The position numbers were made by a program, and so were the translations under genes. The notes beneath the pieces are model-generated. The model made no database searches. It had not been told where the DNA came from and saw nothing but the letters and a program-made list of their open reading frames with translations. 64,000 nucleotides of DNA from Moniliella sp. 'wahieum' (taxonomy: Eukaryota): positions 1 through 64,000 of the forward strand of contig RSEE01000112.1 in NCBI GenBank assembly GCA_003971905.1, in the 5' to 3' direction. Positions within the stretch are counted from its first letter, which is position 1. Each line of letters begins with the position of its first letter. This document shows positions 59,651-64,000 of this stretch, piece after piece.

Positions 59651-62600
59651 GCTCGACGATAGAGCACCGGGCTGAGGCCTGAGGCCTGAGGCCAGGACCC
59701 CGCGCCGGACCGGGCGTTGCTTGGCCGGCCCCCGATTCCCTTCCTTCTTCCGTACTTGTTTGGCGTGGTTGGGGGAGCTCTGTGATGCAGGTTTTTACTA
59801 GGCCTATAGGTGGGACTCGAGCTGCCGGCGGTATATAGCGGTAGGAGCACACCTAGCACCGTCTGGCACCAGTCGGGTAGTCGTCTCCTGCATCCTCCTG
59901 CCCCTCGCACCTCGCACCTCGCACCTCGCACCTTGCACGCTTTCCTGTTCTCATCTGCTCCTTGCTCTGCATTCTATGAGCCGGATCACGCGGCTCTTGG
60001 CCCCAACGCTCGATCAGAGCCAAGTGAGAAGCCCATCGCACATTTTTCCTTCCCCTTTATGATTGCCTTCAAGTTGCCCTTGTGTTTTGTTGCCTTCCCC
60101 CCCGCGCTCTCGGCTCGCGCGTTCCAATCCGCCTGCCGCGGGTGCGAGCGGACGCGAGGAATGACACGCGCCTGTGGGTAGGGTATAGGATCCCCAAGGT
60201 GCGTGTGTGGCCAGGAGGACTCAATGAGTTTATATGGCAGGTTACAGATCGGACGAGCCCGTGGGACCCAGCGCGGTCGAAGTCGGTATAGCGCCAGTAG
60301 GTTGGGCAGGTTGGGCAGGTTGGACAGGAGGTCTGTCATACAGTGGGTTAGAGGGATGAAAACGTAGTGCGACAAGCACAGCGGGAGACCACCACCCCGG
60401 GCAAAAAAGACAGAGAGGAGAGGGGAGAGCGGGGGGAAGGAGTTTGAGTGGGTACTTAGTATATATATAGCACCGTGAGTGCGATGTGGGGATGGGTTTG
60501 GGCCAAAAGGCAGAGCGGGTGGGGGGGGGCGGTCAAAGTCCACCTCAACAAGTGAAGTTCTTTTACGGATCCGTGCAATCGGCCGCTAAGAATTGCTCTG
60601 TTCGCCCCAGGGTACTACTTAGTGGAGGTGGTTGTCAAGAACGGCAAGGCTGGGTTGGGTTGAACGCATCGCATTGCGCAGTGGAGTGGGGCGCACGTAC
60701 CTCATCAGGACTCAGTACGCGGTACTCAGGAGGAAGTGTGGTCACAAGGCATAGCGACCTGCCCATACTAACCAGGCCAGGAAAACCCCAGGTCTCTCTA
60801 CCGGCCCCCTGGTGGAGCCTCTTGTATCGTACTAGTAGCTACCGGTTAAAGGCAAGCTCGAAACCGACGGAAAAGAATGTTTCCCATCCGAACCTTCAGA
60901 TCACAGCACGACTCGCAGAGCCTCTCTTTTGCAATACATATCCCATTGACTCACCAAGCCGTAGATACGAGGCACGGTTCCCAAAGCCTGATTCCCTCCA
61001 TTGACTTGCAAATCGACGGACCACGTAAGATTTTGTGTCTCACTGAATCTCAGTCCCGATCCCAGTACTTGCGCGCTGCTGTCCGACTCGATGGTGATGC
61101 CGCTCGCGCCCGCCTCAGGCCTCAGTACTCCGACTGGGGTTCAGTACTAATGAAGCACCGATGTGTTTCGCCGTCTGTTTTGGCATCTTTCGCCGTGCTC
61201 CCCAAATGAGGGTGGCCGGTGGGAGGGCGCACCGTACCTGACCCCAACCGCAACGATGGAACCGATCTGATCTGCTAGCGTTTCCATCAGGGGCTCGTAA
61301 GCTTGAAGAGTTGGCATCCCATCGCATTGAGATCAACGTATCGCTGATTACTACTACAATTAGTTGCTCTGGTGTTCATCCCCGCGCCCCTCGCAATACT
61401 GTGGACGGAGAAAAAAGCAGTAGAGGGACTCTATATGCGTAGTTGCTAGTGACGGTGCACGGATGGGTTGGTTCTCTCTCCTCCCCCGTAGGAGGCATTG
61501 TAATTTTGACTTGCTTGATCCGACAGAACGAGTCCGACAGAACGAGCAAGTTGAGAATGGATAGTAGCAATGGGTTAAGGTTAAAGAAGAGAAGCGGTCC
61601 GAGGTACGGTACGAATTATAGAAGATCGTGTGTATGAATGAATGCAGATCTTCTAGTTTGGAAGTCTGATGGAGGGCTCACGGCTGGTGCGGGAGGTAGT
61701 AAGTAGAGCAGGAAGAGCAAATGTGACAACAACTCCTCTTTCCAGATCGGATGTGGGGTCGACAAGGGACGGAGAAGGTAAGAGATGTTCTGGGAGGGCG
61801 AGTCGCCTGTGCCTCTTAAGTTCGTCTACGCGACGGTTGGAGAGTCCACTTGGTTGCCCATTGAATCTTGAGTGAGTGGAGACGTAGTGGGCCAGTCACT
61901 GGTAATGAGGTCGATGAGGCTCGTAGTATTCTGTTGCGTTGGGCATCGGGTGAGCAGCTCTTCTCTGGCACGTTGAACGCCACCACCATGCTCCGCCCAG
62001 CCAATCTCTCCGGCAAAAGGCGTCCAACGACCACACAAAACTTAGTACACGGCAGCCGGTTGTTGGAGAAACGTATATACCCGAGCACCCATCCATCGCC
62101 GACAACTACGCACATTCCATACAGCATTACAGGACCCAACGTGGCGTTCTGCGAACGGCCCCCCTTGCGGGGTCTTCAGTGCGCATCAGCCGTCCTAGGC
62201 TGCACCCCCCCGGCTGAGTTGCCCAATTGATATTGATATTGATATTGATATTTGATGGTCGATGGTGCAATAATGAGGCCTGAGGACTCGGAGCAACAGG
62301 TGCACCGCATCCTCTCCCGGCTCGGTGTGCCTACCGCCCAAAGCCGGGGCACGTTGCTGATTCACTAGCCATGCCACGCGCCATGCCCCACTGTACCACG
62401 CGCCACCAGCCCCTTGGCACACTGGCCCCACGCACACTCTGGGGTGGATCGAAGGGGACTGGCCCTGGGCAGCTGGATGGAGGAAAGCGAAGACAGGAGG
62501 TGGCAAAAGGCCACAATCATTGGGGAGAGGGCAGTCGTAGGCATTTGGGCTGCCCACGCGCCAGCCGAGAGCCAAGCAAGCCAAGCCAGCAAGCCAAGGC

Positions 62601-63237
62601 CCGCGAGGATGGAGGAGCGCAGGAGGGAAGTGCAGAAGGCTCCATAGCAAGTGTTTGCAAAGGGGCACGGAGCAAGCATCTCCCGCGTCTGCCGACGACG
62701 GGTACAGGTTGTACGCACTTGGTGTGTGACTGCGCCGCCGACGTCTAATGTTGCGTTACAGGGACGGTGGGCATCCTTGGCTTGACGCTGGTCGGCCCTG
62801 CTGAGCCCTGCTCCGCCGCCCCTGCCGCTGCGAGCACGCCACGCACAGGGGCAGTGTGCCGGCTGCACACTGGCCGGGTGCGGCTGCGGACCTGGTGCGT
62901 GTTTGGCCGTGGCGTGCGCTGGACTGCCCAGATGCTGGGCTGCCTGGCGTGCGTGTCTCGCATGGGGCAAGCCGGCGCAGGACACTGCTGGGCTGCCGGC
63001 GGCTGCTCGCACGCCGCGGGCCGCAAGGGGCGCGGCTGTACTGCCCCCGTGCGGTGTGTCTTATCTGCGCACTCGCCGCTGGTTTCAGCAGAGTCAGAGC
63101 ATTTTGGCCCGTGGCCAGGCGAGCGGACGTGTGCGTGTCTCCGTCTCCAGCACCCCCAGCACACGCCGCCTTAAACGTTAAACCCCCCCCCCCCCGCCCT
63201 CCCTTCTTCCGCCTCCATCCAATATCCACCCCCCGCC

Positions 63238-64000
63238 ATGGCCAGCGATCGCCTCAATGCCATCACCAACCACATCCGCCCCCCCGCGCCCGCCGAGCCC
63301 GTGGCGAGCTTCGATGCGTGGACCGACGTGCCCCAGGCGCCGCCCGATGCCATCTTCAAGCTGAGCGCCGGGTACGCGGCGGACAAGGCGCCGACCAAGG
63401 TCAACCTCGGTGTCGGTGCGTACCGCGACGACCAGGGCCGGCCCTATGTCTTGCCCAGTGTGCAGGCCGCGACACGCGCGTGGCTCGAGGACCCAGCGCT
63501 GAACCACGAGTATCTGCCGATCACGGGCTTGCCCGCGTTCACTGCCGCCGCGGCGCAGCTGGTGTTGGTCCGGCCAGTCCTGCCCTGGCCCAAGGCCGGG
63601 TGGCGACGGTGCAGACCATCTCGGGCACGGGCGCGAACCATCTGGGGGCGCTGTTCTTGTCCAAGTTCTACGCCTTCCCCAACGGCATCAAGCAGGTCTA
63701 CCTCTCCAACCCCACCTGGGCCAACCACAGGCCATCCTGGCCCAGGCCGGCATCCGGCCGATTGACTATGTCTATTACGACGCCAAGACGATTGGGTTGG
63801 ACGAGGTGGGTCTGCTGGCCACGCTGGAAGCTGCGCCGGACGGCAGCGTGTTTCTGTTGCATGCGTGTGCGCACAACCCGACCGGCGTTGACCCGACGCG
63901 AGCGCAGTGGACGACGATTGCCGATGTGTTTGCGCGCAAGCGCCACTTTGCATTTTTCGACAGTGCGTACCAAGGCTTTGCGTCGGGCGACCTGGATGCC
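63238..64000 (+). CDS. AAT2: Aspartate aminotransferase (AAT2/GOT1-like), 5' part, with a PTS2-like N-terminus
   Basis: VPQAPPDAIFKL...KVNLGVGAYRDD.G.PYVLPSV, HEYLPITG, QTISGTGANHLG, SNPTWANH, LLHACAHNPTGVDPT..QW, FFDSAYQGFASGDLD. Confidence 0.95.

Noticed and set aside
59700..63200. Short ORFs in 33.4-36.4 kb, 48-49.5 kb and 59.7-63.2 kb
   Set aside because: No recognisable motifs or homology that can be supported from the sequence alone
36500..64000. Frameshifts suggesting pseudogenes or programmed frameshifting
   Set aside because: They affect nearly all genes, including essential SRP68, and conserved rRNA motifs also show single-base losses. Assembly indel errors are the best explanation.

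Overview
GC-rich fungal DNA, most likely Ustilaginomycotina (5S, 5.8S and 18S signatures, and a Cib1-like bZIP). It appears to start at or near a left chromosome end. (1) 1-14654 is a mosaic subtelomere of duplicated modules (A, B, C) with degenerate CCCTAA tracts. It surrounds one long minus-strand gene (about 8967->2300) of the telomere-linked RecQ helicase type. That protein also carries an apparent tyrosine-recombinase catalytic set (R-K-R-H-Y) upstream of the helicase. This recombinase-helicase element, with module junctions at a shared site, is the most interesting system here. (2) 14655-24612 is a single permuted rDNA unit: 28S 3' end, 5S, IGS repeats, 18S, very short ITS1, 5.8S, short ITS2 and a truncated 28S. 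Its 18S has a compensatory change in decoding-centre helix 44. (3) 24.9-33.3 kb holds two tandem F-box paralogs. (4) 36.5-64 kb holds a MOSC/PDR-ferredoxin fusion, a peroxisomal copper amine oxidase, a possible metallothionein, Rxt3, SRP68, an ARID protein, HAC1/Cib1 with an Ire1 splice hairpin, a membrane protein and an aspartate aminotransferase. Almost every gene, including essential ones, is frameshifted. This points to indel errors in the assembly, so gene boundaries are approximate.
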